Of a stretch of DNA of 64,000 nucleotides, positions 20,151 to 28,576 are shown one piece after another (positions within the stretch are counted from its first letter, which is position 1; each line of letters begins with the position of its first letter). This DNA comes from Gammaproteobacteria bacterium (lineage in GTDB: Bacteria > Pseudomonadota > Gammaproteobacteria > SZUA-152): contig JASFOJ010000007.1 in assembly GCA_050116575.1 (NCBI GenBank), positions 18 through 64,017 on the forward strand, given 5' to 3'. A program made the translations under genes and the position numbers. Under the pieces are notes generated by a model. It was not told where the DNA came from, searched no databases, and was given only the letters and a program-made list of their open reading frames with translations.

Positions 20151-20888
20151 ATGCAAGAGTATTTTCCGCCTAAAGAACTGCTCAAGGATCGGGTCATTCT
20201 GGTTACCGGCGCCGGTGACGGTATCGGTGCCGCGGTTGCCCAGGACTACGCCAAATACGGCGCCACGGTTATTTTGCTGGGCCGCACCCAGAAAAAACTG
20301 GAAAGGGTGTACGACCTCATCGAACAGGCCGGCTATCCACAACCGGCTATCTATCCCCTGGAACTGCAGTTGGCAACTCCCAAGGAATACAAAATACTCG
20401 CCGCTACGATCCACAAGGAATTCGGCCGCCTCGATGGCCTGCTGCATAACGCCGCGGTACTCGGAACACTGACCCCCATCGAACATTACGACAACCGTCT
20501 ATGGGCGCACGTACTACACGTTAACCTCAACGCTCCGTTCATGCTCACCAAGGCCTGCCTGCCGCTATTGAAAAAGGCCAAAGAGGCATCCATTATTTTC
20601 ACGTCCGCCAACGTGGGTTATAAGGGTCAGGCTTACTGGGGAGCGTACGCCGTCTCCAAGGCGGCCACGGAAAACCTCATGGAAATCCTGTCGGAGGAAC
20701 TGGAGGTCAACACCAATATTCGCGTCAACAGCGTCGACCCAGGCCGGGTTAGAACCCGTATGAATGCCCTGGCCTATCCGGGCGATGACCCCAGCACCAT
20801 CCCGGCACCCAAAGACATCACCGCGGTGTATTTGTACCTGATGGGCCCGGACAGTACCGGTGTTACCGGGGAACGTTTCGACGTCTGA
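20151..20888 (+). CDS. yciK: YciK-like short-chain dehydrogenase/reductase
   Basis: 245 aa. Contains VTGAGDGIG and the catalytic YAVSK. It starts 20 nt after the hpnE stop, so it is probably co-transcribed. Confidence 0.72.
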   Translation: MQEYFPPKELLKDRVILVTGAGDGIGAAVAQDYAKYGATVILLGRTQKKLERVYDLIEQAGYPQPAIYPLELQLATPKEYKILAATIHKEFGRLDGLLHNAAVLGTLTPIEHYDNRLWAHVLHVNLNAPFMLTKACLPLLKKAKEASIIFTSANVGYKGQAYWGAYAVSKAATENLMEILSEELEVNTNIRVNSVDPGRVRTRMNALAYPGDDPSTIPAPKDITAVYLYLMGPDSTGVTGERFDV

Positions 20889-20980
20889 GCTCCCGGCCAC
20901 CGGCGACAAAATACCGCCATCCCCTCGTCATCCACTTCATAACTGCCTGTTTTTCAAGCAAGTGACCATTTGCGTCAACT

Positions 20981-20996
20981 TGGCATGATATTCGCT
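20981..20996 (+). promoter_or_regulatory. possible sigma54 (-24/-12) promoter
   Basis: TGGCATGATATTCGCT has GG-N10-GC spacing and resembles TGGCAC-N5-TTGCW. It lies about 45 nt upstream of the GGDEF gene ATG. This is a single weak match. Confidence 0.25.
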
Positions 20997-21039
20997 TTCG
21001 TTAATATCGGAAGTTACAAACCATAAAGAGATTGGATCA

Positions 21040-21963
21040 ATGTCCTATGTTCCGCATACCGATGCCAAAATCCTGCCGGTAAAAAGCAATGGCAATCTGA
21101 ACGCGATTCTGGAATCCGGCCGGAAAAATGTGCACGACCCCAATGACCGGGTTCTGCAGATTGCCGGTTTGTTACAAACGTCCCTCAATGTGGAAGAAAT
21201 CATTTCCCATTTCAGCAATGAGATCAGCGCAATTATCGCGCATGATCATCTGAACTACATCAATGAAAAATTCGATATCAATTTTGTCATTGGTAAGCGG
21301 AACCGTTATTCCTGCACTTACGAGCTGACAATCAACGACAACAAGCTGGGTATATTAACGCTCAGCCGTGGTAAAAAATTTACCGATAAGGACATCGAAC
21401 AACTGGAGTACCTCATTTGCGCCCTGCATTACCCATTGCGCAACGCACTACTCTACAAGGACGCCGTACTGGCTGCGCACAAGGATGCATTGACGGGTAT
21501 CGGCAACCGCGCCGCCATGACCACCACCCTTTATCGCCAGCTGGAACTGGCCTTTCGCCACAATCGTTCGCTGGGCGTCATTATGATGGATATCGATCAC
21601 TTTAAAAAAATCAACGACCAGTATGGTCATGCGGTGGGTGACTTTGCGTTGCAGTCCCTGGTCGAATGCGCTGAAAAAACCGTGCGCATCTCCGATATGA
21701 TGTTTCGTTATGGCGGTGAGGAGTTTGTCATTGTACTGCCGGAAACGGACCAGGCCGGTGTATTGCGACTTGCCAAGCGCATTCGTCGCCGCGTGGAAAA
21801 GCTGGAAACCCGGATTCAGGGCCACGTGATCCCCATGACAGTGAGCATCGGTATCGCCACCTTACAGGAATCCGACGACGAAAAAACGTTTATTACCCGC
21901 GCTGACGAAGCACTTTATAAAGCCAAACGGGACGGCCGTAACTGTATTCGCATCGCTCCATAA
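21040..21963 (+). CDS. diguanylate cyclase with GAF-like N-terminal domain
   Basis: 307 aa. Active-site GGEEF (RYGGEEF) with an RxxD I-site (RISD) five residues upstream, plus the DALTGIGNR and DIDHFKKIND motifs. Confidence 0.87.
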   Translation: MSYVPHTDAKILPVKSNGNLNAILESGRKNVHDPNDRVLQIAGLLQTSLNVEEIISHFSNEISAIIAHDHLNYINEKFDINFVIGKRNRYSCTYELTINDNKLGILTLSRGKKFTDKDIEQLEYLICALHYPLRNALLYKDAVLAAHKDALTGIGNRAAMTTTLYRQLELAFRHNRSLGVIMMDIDHFKKINDQYGHAVGDFALQSLVECAEKTVRISDMMFRYGGEEFVIVLPETDQAGVLRLAKRIRRRVEKLETRIQGHVIPMTVSIGIATLQESDDEKTFITRADEALYKAKRDGRNCIRIAP

Positions 21964-22067
21964 CGGGCCGTCACAGGACCTACAAACGAAGAAACAAATT
22001 TAGCCCCGTTATTGCATATATGGGATTAAAGTAGTTTTACACACGCGGTAATTGCCTCCCAGCAACC

Positions 22068-22103
22068 GGGCATGATGCGATTTAACATCATGCCCTTTTT
22101 TTT
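22068..22103 (+). terminator. rho-independent terminator of the GGDEF gene
   Basis: A 10-bp perfect stem (GGGCATGATG / CATCATGCCC) with an 8-nt loop, followed by T8. It overlaps the last codons of the convergent rluB gene. Confidence 0.6.
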
Positions 22104-22915
22104 CGTCCCGTGGATTTTTTTTTGCGGCCCCGCGTTCGTTTACCGCCAATGGCAGATTGGCGCTGTTCGACAAAAGGTGACGGCAAACCGGTGATGGCAT
22201 ATAACTGTTCAACCTGGGCTTTGGGTAATTCCTCCCAGTCGCCCCGTGGCAACCGCCGCGGTAAACGCACCGGCCCGAACTGGTTGCGCGCCAGGCGGTT
22301 TACCTGAACACCCTGGGATTCCCACAACCGTCTGACTTCCCGGTTGCGCCCTTCGCGCAGTTCCACGGTAAACCACTGGTTGCGGCCTTCGCCACCCATG
22401 GCAGTGATACTGTCAAAACGCGCCATACCGTCCTCAAGTTCAACGCCCCGTTGCAATTGTTGCAGCATGTCAGGCGTCACTTCACCGTAAACACGCACCG
22501 CGTATTCGCGTTTGATTTCATAGCGCGGATGCATCAACCGGTTGGCCAGTTCGCCGTCGGTGGTTGCCAATAATAATCCCGTGGTAGTGATATCCAGTCT
22601 GCCTACCAATATCCAGCGACCATTGCGCACGTTGGGAAAATCCTCGAACACGGTGCGCCGCCCGTCGGCATCGGACCGCGAACAAACCGTACCGGCATCC
22701 TTGTGATAAACAATGACTCGAGGGGGCTGCTGCTCAGGCGGTTTGAGACGAAGGATTTTACCATCGAGGGCGATGATTTCTTTCCCTGTGACACGGTCCC
22801 CCACAGTGGCCACCTGCTTGTCCACAGTAATCCGGCCATCGGCGATCCAGCGCTCGATTTCACGTCGTGATCCCAGTCCCTGGCGGGCCAGCACTTTTTG
22901 CAGTTTTTCGCTCAT
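22088..22915 (-). CDS. rluB: 23S rRNA pseudouridine(2605) synthase
   Basis: 275 aa. N-terminal S4 domain (KLQKVLARQGLGSRREIE), the catalytic VGRLDITTTGLLL motif and a basic C-terminal tail. Confidence 0.88.
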   Translation of the reverse strand: MSEKLQKVLARQGLGSRREIERWIADGRITVDKQVATVGDRVTGKEIIALDGKILRLKPPEQQPPRVIVYHKDAGTVCSRSDADGRRTVFEDFPNVRNGRWILVGRLDITTTGLLLATTDGELANRLMHPRYEIKREYAVRVYGEVTPDMLQQLQRGVELEDGMARFDSITAMGGEGRNQWFTVELREGRNREVRRLWESQGVQVNRLARNQFGPVRLPRRLPRGDWEELPKAQVEQLYAITGLPSPFVEQRQSAIGGKRTRGRKKKSTGRKKRA

Positions 22916-22995
22916 GGTCGCCGTTAACCGATGAATGGAAGGTTCGCGGTGAAATTACGGCAGGTGATCAATGGAATCAACAGCAATGTTACCGG

Positions 22996-24708
22996 TTAAC
23001 CGCCAAATCTGGAATCGTAGTCGTCGTCCGCCAGAGAATACTCGCTATCACTGTCAACGGTGGCCGTTTCCAGCGTACCGGTGTCGTCGTTAAGATCGCC
23101 ATCTGTCAAAACGGCTTGTGCTTTGGGCGTCTTGGACTGCTGCTCAGACACCTCGGATGTGTCGTCGTCACTGGTATCTGACATCATGCCGCTATCGTTA
23201 TCCTGCTCATCGATGGTGCCAACAACAGCATCATCGGTATCCGTCTCGTTGGAAACGGAATACACCTCATCCGAATTATCCTGATCCGCTTCCGCGGCGA
23301 TTTCAGCGTCCGGGGAAAAATCTTCATCTGTTGCGAGCGATTCATTGTCCACAATCACATCTTCGGAAGATATCACCTCATCAACTTCATCAATGTCCTG
23401 TTCATCAATTTGTTCAGGAGATTGCACTGCCTCGGCGTGCTCGGATTGCGTTGCAATTTCCTGGTCAGCAAAATTACCGCTGTCCAGGGTCGTCACTGGA
23501 TCATTAGTGTCAAATGCGTCGTCGTCGGGGGATCCCGCTTCCAACGCGACATGATGTGGCTCATCCAGCACAACAACGTCCCGATCATCGAGATTGTTAT
23601 CGATATCTTCACTGCCATCATCATAGTCGGCGTCTACTGGCGACAGCGTGTCATCCGTTTCAGTGTCCATGACGTCTGCCAGTTCCGGGACTCCGGGTTC
23701 CGGTTGCCGATCACCACTTTCCGGTGCAGTGGCCTGCTCGTCGCCCCGAAATTCCAGTGATCGTGCCTGGTCCGTCATTTCCGCAATCAGATCCTGGTTA
23801 AATCCTTCGTCCGGTACCGCTACACGATCTGCGCTGTCCTCGCTAACGTCGTTTATCGTGTCACTTTCTGGTTCGTCATGTTGTATTACAGCGTTTTCTG
23901 TTGCGGCGTCCTCTGTAGCCGTATTTTCATCGCCTTCCGCTTCCGGTCCGGCAAGCTCTGCGGTATCGGCAGTTTCTACCGCGGCTGTATTTTCAACGGC
24001 CGCTGCAATTTCTGTGTCCTGTGTTTGTTCAGTGTTTTCCGCACTACGTTCGTCAGTGCCCAGGTCAGCGCTCACGTCAGTACCTTCACCTTCAGCACCT
24101 TCAGTACCTTCGGCCACGTTTTCGTCCGTTTGCGCACCCGGTTCTTCCAGTTCAAGTTCGGCGTTGATCTTGTCAAGATCGCGAATTTCCGCCAGGGTGG
24201 GCAATTCTTCCAGGGATGTTAAATTGAAATAATCCAGAAACGCCTTGGTGGTGGCATAAAGCGCAGGCTTGCCCGGTACGTCGCGATGGCCCACCACTCG
24301 CACCCATTCGCGTTCCAGGAGGGTTTTGATAATATTCGTGCTGACAGCGACGCCCCGCACGTGTTCGATTTCGCCACGGGTAATAGGTTGTTTGTAGGCG
24401 ATCAATACCAGGGTTTCCAGCAGGGCCCTTGAATAACGGGCGGGCTTTTCCTCCCACAGCCGCGATACCCACGGTGACATGTCTTTTTTGGCCTGGAATC
24501 GGTAGCCTGAACTGACTTTTTTCAGTTCAACACCGCGCGCTTCACACTCCTGTTCGATAACTTTTAAAGCACCCTTTACAGCGTCCCGCGTGGGAGGCTC
24601 CTTTTCTTCGGCAAACAACGCCAGCATTTTATCCACGCTCATGGGCTCGGTGGACGCCATGATTGCCGCTTCAAGAATTTGTTTTAATTGTTCGTCTGTG
24701 ATTGGCAT
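22996..24708 (-). CDS. scpB: SMC-ScpAB complex subunit ScpB with ~385-aa acidic low-complexity C-terminal extension
   Basis: The first ~185 aa are a ScpB winged-helix core (ILEAAIMAS, YRFQAKKD, ITRGEIEHVRGV). The rest is D/E/T/S-rich. The gene overlaps scpA by 25 nt. Confidence 0.85.
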   Translation of the reverse strand: MPITDEQLKQILEAAIMASTEPMSVDKMLALFAEEKEPPTRDAVKGALKVIEQECEARGVELKKVSSGYRFQAKKDMSPWVSRLWEEKPARYSRALLETLVLIAYKQPITRGEIEHVRGVAVSTNIIKTLLEREWVRVVGHRDVPGKPALYATTKAFLDYFNLTSLEELPTLAEIRDLDKINAELELEEPGAQTDENVAEGTEGAEGEGTDVSADLGTDERSAENTEQTQDTEIAAAVENTAAVETADTAELAGPEAEGDENTATEDAATENAVIQHDEPESDTINDVSEDSADRVAVPDEGFNQDLIAEMTDQARSLEFRGDEQATAPESGDRQPEPGVPELADVMDTETDDTLSPVDADYDDGSEDIDNNLDDRDVVVLDEPHHVALEAGSPDDDAFDTNDPVTTLDSGNFADQEIATQSEHAEAVQSPEQIDEQDIDEVDEVISSEDVIVDNESLATDEDFSPDAEIAAEADQDNSDEVYSVSNETDTDDAVVGTIDEQDNDSGMMSDTSDDDTSEVSEQQSKTPKAQAVLTDGDLNDDTGTLETATVDSDSEYSLADDDYDSRFGG

Positions 24709-25601
24709 GATTCCGTTACCGTTACGTGAATAGGTTCATAAGGGCTTGTTTGTACCAGTTCAATGAGTGATTCCTTGACCAGTTCCAGCAACGCCAGAAA
24801 AGTGACCACCACTCCCAATCGCCCTTCCTGGGGGTCGAACAGTTCGCTGAAGGGAATAAATTTATCCGGTTCCACCCGGCCCAGAATAATAGACATTCGC
24901 TCGCGAACCGACAAGGGTTCCATTTGAATATGGTGATGGGAATACATGTCCGAACGCACCAGTACATCCTTGAACGCGTGCAGCAGGTCCTTCAGCTCAA
25001 CATGGGGATGTAACTTGCGCACATTGGCATCGGGAACGGGGACGGATACCTGAAAATTGTCCCGCTCCAGGCGAGGCAGTTCGTTGAGGTCTTCCGCCGC
25101 GGTTTTATAGCGTTCGTATTCCTGTAAACGGCGCACCAGTTCCGCGCGCGGGTCTTCTTCGTCTTCTTCCTCACTGACCGGACGGGGCAACAGCATGCGC
25201 GACTTGATCTCCGCCAGCATGGCCGCCATCACCAGGTAATCCGCCGCCAGCTCGAACTGCAGCTCTTTCATCATCTCGACATATTCCATGTATTGCCGGG
25301 TGATCTCGGCAATGGGTATGTTGAGTATATCCAGGTTGTGGCGCTTGATCAGATACAGCAGTAAATCCAGCGGCCCTTCAAACGCTTCCAGGAAAACTTC
25401 CAGCGCTTCGGGCGGAATATACAGGTCCTTGGGCAGCTCCGTGACCGGTGCTCCCCGCACCAACGCGATGGGCGCCATGGGTTGTTCCGCCTGCGTTTGC
25501 GCTTCGGGCTGTTGGTCCGGCTCACCGGGCGCAGCATCGGTTACCGCCGCCTCATCTGCTGCGGGCGTTTCTTCAACCACGTTATCGGCAACCTCTGACA
25601 T
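24684..25601 (-). CDS. scpA: segregation and condensation protein A
   Basis: 305 aa. Contains the kleisin N-terminal motif FEGPLDLLLYLIKRHNLDILNIPIAEIT. An acidic/Pro-rich leader of about 55 aa precedes it. Confidence 0.88.
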   Translation of the reverse strand: MSEVADNVVEETPAADEAAVTDAAPGEPDQQPEAQTQAEQPMAPIALVRGAPVTELPKDLYIPPEALEVFLEAFEGPLDLLLYLIKRHNLDILNIPIAEITRQYMEYVEMMKELQFELAADYLVMAAMLAEIKSRMLLPRPVSEEEDEEDPRAELVRRLQEYERYKTAAEDLNELPRLERDNFQVSVPVPDANVRKLHPHVELKDLLHAFKDVLVRSDMYSHHHIQMEPLSVRERMSIILGRVEPDKFIPFSELFDPQEGRLGVVVTFLALLELVKESLIELVQTSPYEPIHVTVTESCQSQTNN

Positions 25602-25667
25602 AATGTGTATTAACCTTTTGTTAACCTTCTATGTTAAATCGCAAATGGACCCTTCATTGAAAACAGG

Positions 25668-26885
25668 TCATCGATAAGACAATCCCATTGCTGTACGAAC
25701 TTCTTCCATGGTGTCCTGGGCAACATCGCGCGCCGCCTCCACACCCTCGCTGATGACGTTTTGCACCAGCTTGGGATCATCCAGATATTCCTTGATCCGC
25801 TCCTGAATGGGCCTCAGTTCATCCAGCACCGCGTCGATGACTGGCTGTTTGCAATCGATGCAGCCAATGCCGGCGGTGGTACAGCCTTCCTGGACCCACT
25901 GCCGGGTTTTGTCATCGGAATAAACCTGATGCAAATCCCACACGGGGCACTTGGCCGGATCACCGGGATCTGAGCGCCGTACCCGCGCCGGATCGGTGGG
26001 CATGGTGCGCAACTTCTTTTCGACGTCCGTGGGATTCTCCCGGAGCGAGATGGTATTGTTATATGATTTTGACATTTTTTGACCATCCAGTCCCGGCATT
26101 TTTGGCGATTCCGTCAATAATGCCTGGGGCTCGGGCAGGATTATTTTACCCGGCCCTTCCAGATATCCAAACAGTCGTTCGCGGTCGCCAAGGGTAATAT
26201 TTTGCTGGGATTCCAGCAGGGCCCGGGCGGTTGCCAGCGCCTCCTGGTCACCTTGTTCCTGAAATTTCCTTCTTAAGTTACTGTATAATTTGGCATTTTT
26301 CTTGCCCATCTTGAGCACGGCGGCTTCGGCTTTTTCCACGAAATCGGGCTCACTGCCGTAGAGGTGATTAAAGCGGCGCGCCACTTCGCGGGTCAATTCC
26401 ACGTGGGCCACCTGGTCTTCCCCCACCGGCACCTGGCCGGCTTTGTAAATGAGGATATCCGCGCTTTGCAACAGGGGATAGCCCAGAAAGCCATAAGTGG
26501 CCAGATCCTTTTCCTTGAGCATTTCCTGCTGGTCTTTATAAGTAGGCACCCGCTCCAGCCAGCTCAGCGGCGTCACCATGGACAACAGCAAATGCAGTTC
26601 CGCATGCTCCAATACCCGCGACTGGATGAATATTTTAGCGGAGCCGGGATTAATGCCCACCGCCAGCCAGTCCACAATCATGTCAAAGGTGTTATTGGCG
26701 ATGGTGGAGGGATCTTCGTAATTTGTCGTCAATGCATGCCAATCGGCCGCAAAGAAAAAACATTCGTATTCATGTTGCAGGCGCAACCAGTTTTTCAATA
26801 CCCCGTGATAATGTCCCAGATGTAGCGGTCCCGTGGGCCGCATACCGGACAGCACCCGCAGGTATTGCGACGGTACGGAATTCAA
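25668..26885 (-). CDS. trpS: tryptophan--tRNA ligase (long form with Cys4 motif)
   Basis: 405 aa. HIGH-type motif (GPLHLGHY), KMSKS (KMSKS at residues 270-274), and Cx21Cx6Cx2C at residues 313-345. Confidence 0.93.
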   Translation of the reverse strand: MNSVPSQYLRVLSGMRPTGPLHLGHYHGVLKNWLRLQHEYECFFFAADWHALTTNYEDPSTIANNTFDMIVDWLAVGINPGSAKIFIQSRVLEHAELHLLLSMVTPLSWLERVPTYKDQQEMLKEKDLATYGFLGYPLLQSADILIYKAGQVPVGEDQVAHVELTREVARRFNHLYGSEPDFVEKAEAAVLKMGKKNAKLYSNLRRKFQEQGDQEALATARALLESQQNITLGDRERLFGYLEGPGKIILPEPQALLTESPKMPGLDGQKMSKSYNNTISLRENPTDVEKKLRTMPTDPARVRRSDPGDPAKCPVWDLHQVYSDDKTRQWVQEGCTTAGIGCIDCKQPVIDAVLDELRPIQERIKEYLDDPKLVQNVISEGVEAARDVAQDTMEEVRTAMGLSYR

Positions 26886-26913
26886 TAGTGTCTCCTTGGC
26901 ATTGGTTTGATTG

Positions 26914-27597
26914 TTACGAACCCAGTGTCATCAGCAGGTTGGGATCAATTCCGAAAACAAATGAGGCGATTGTCATCATGATGTTGATCGCTGGCATTAA
27001 AATAGACCCCAACACGCCGGTTATGAGTAAAACCACTAGTATAAGAAGCCCGAAGGGTTCAAGTCGATTAAATTTGGCGGATAAACGATTCGGCAACAGA
27101 CTGGAGGCAATGCGTCCGCCATCAAGGGGCGGGATTGGAATAAGATTTAACGCCATCAATACAGTGTTGATGAAAATACCGGCGAATCCCATGTAAACCA
27201 GCGGAATCCCCACCGTACTGGCGGAATGGGGTAACAATGAGGCCAGTTTCAGAACCAGCGCCCAGATAAATACCATGATGAAATTGGCAGCGGGGCCGGC
27301 AAGCGCCACGACGCCCATATCCCGCTTGGGATTGCGGAGATTTTCCCAGGTGATAGGCACCGGTTTGGCCCAGCCGAACAAAAATCCCGTGGTCCACAAC
27401 ATGAGTACCGGCAACAAGACAGTGCCCACCGGATCGATGTGCTTGATGGGGTTGAGGGTCAACCGTCCCATCATCATGGCCGTGGGATCCCCCAGCCGTT
27501 TGGCCACCCAGCCATGGGCCACTTCGTGAACCGTAATGGCAAACAGGATCGGCAGGGCGGCAACCGCCAGGAACTGTATTTTACTCAATTCACCCAT
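26914..27597 (-). CDS. small site-2 protease (peptidase M50) family membrane protein
   Basis: 227 aa and polytopic. Contains HEVAHGW (HExxH in a TM helix) and NLIPIPPLDGG (the S2P NxxPxxxLDG motif). Confidence 0.82.
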   Translation of the reverse strand: MGELSKIQFLAVAALPILFAITVHEVAHGWVAKRLGDPTAMMMGRLTLNPIKHIDPVGTVLLPVLMLWTTGFLFGWAKPVPITWENLRNPKRDMGVVALAGPAANFIMVFIWALVLKLASLLPHSASTVGIPLVYMGFAGIFINTVLMALNLIPIPPLDGGRIASSLLPNRLSAKFNRLEPFGLLILVVLLITGVLGSILMPAINIMMTIASFVFGIDPNLLMTLGS

Positions 27598-27688
27598 GGG
27601 CGAATTGTAACGGCTTTAATGGACGGCGTCCCCGCAAATTGAGCGATTTCAACAAAATCCACATGATCTCAATCAGTTATATCGGTTG

Positions 27689-28315
27689 TTATTCCATGAA
27701 CCGGGAGACATCGCCTTTGCCCTGGCGCACCACAACGGGCTCATCTTCCACCAGATCCAGTACCGTGGTGGGCTCAATGCCGCAAAATCCACCATCGATC
27801 ACCAACTCCACCTGGTGTTTTAGCACGTCCACCATCTCTTCCGGATCAATCATCGGACGATCATGGTCCGGTAAAATCAGCGTCGAACTCATTACCGGTT
27901 CCCCTAACTCATCCAGTATCTGCGAGGCTATGTTGTTGTCCGGCACCCGCAAGCCAATGGTGCGGCGCTTGGGATTTTGCAGGCGCCGCGGCACTTCACG
28001 AGTTGCTTTTAAAATGAAGGTATAAGGGCCCGGCGTCAGGGCTTTCATTAGCCGGTAATGGGTGTTGTTGACTTTGGCGTACACCGCAATTTCCGACAGA
28101 TCACGGCATACCAGCGTAAAATCATGTTTGCTGCCCAGATCACGGATACGGCGCAACCGTTCCATGGCTTTTTTATCGCCGATGTGACATCCCAGCGCAT
28201 AAGCGGAATCCGTGGGATACACAATAACGCCGCCATCACGCAGCACGCTGACCACTTGCTTGATCAGCCGGTGCTGCGGATTTTCCGGATGTATTGCCAG
28301 TAATTGCGCCGTCAT
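27689..28315 (-). CDS. yciO: YciO / Sua5-YrdC family threonylcarbamoyl-AMP synthase-like protein
   Basis: Contains the motifs VIVYPTDSAYALGC and EPTTVLDL. I placed the start at the internal ATG (MTAQLL); the 25 codons upstream in the track ORF look spurious. Confidence 0.8.
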   Translation of the reverse strand: MTAQLLAIHPENPQHRLIKQVVSVLRDGGVIVYPTDSAYALGCHIGDKKAMERLRRIRDLGSKHDFTLVCRDLSEIAVYAKVNNTHYRLMKALTPGPYTFILKATREVPRRLQNPKRRTIGLRVPDNNIASQILDELGEPVMSSTLILPDHDRPMIDPEEMVDVLKHQVELVIDGGFCGIEPTTVLDLVEDEPVVVRQGKGDVSRFME

Positions 28316-28576
28316 TTTTAAATCAGTGCTCTTCTTCGTTGCGGATTTCAAGTGTGTAATGCCATCAACGCCATACAAGTTTTTGACCAACCCCCACTAC
28401 CCAACCAACGACAACCGCCCAACTACCGATGCCCTGGCGAGTTATCACCGGCTAGTCGTCATTGCAACACCATAATGCCGCCAGCTGTTTGAGACACAGT
28501 GTATGCCTCGATGGCATCCTGCCAGTTAAGCATTAGGTCACAGCCGGGATATCAAGGTAAAAGGCAGGAGCAACGC

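Noticed and set aside
23060-24232. Several plus-strand ORFs (for example 23648-24232, 194 aa, Ser-rich) opposite the scpB tail
   Set aside because: They are the reverse-complement reading of the GAT/GAA/ACC-rich acidic tail, which gives Ser/Val/Ile-rich nonsense. The minus-strand frame is continuous with the ScpB core and is the better explanation.
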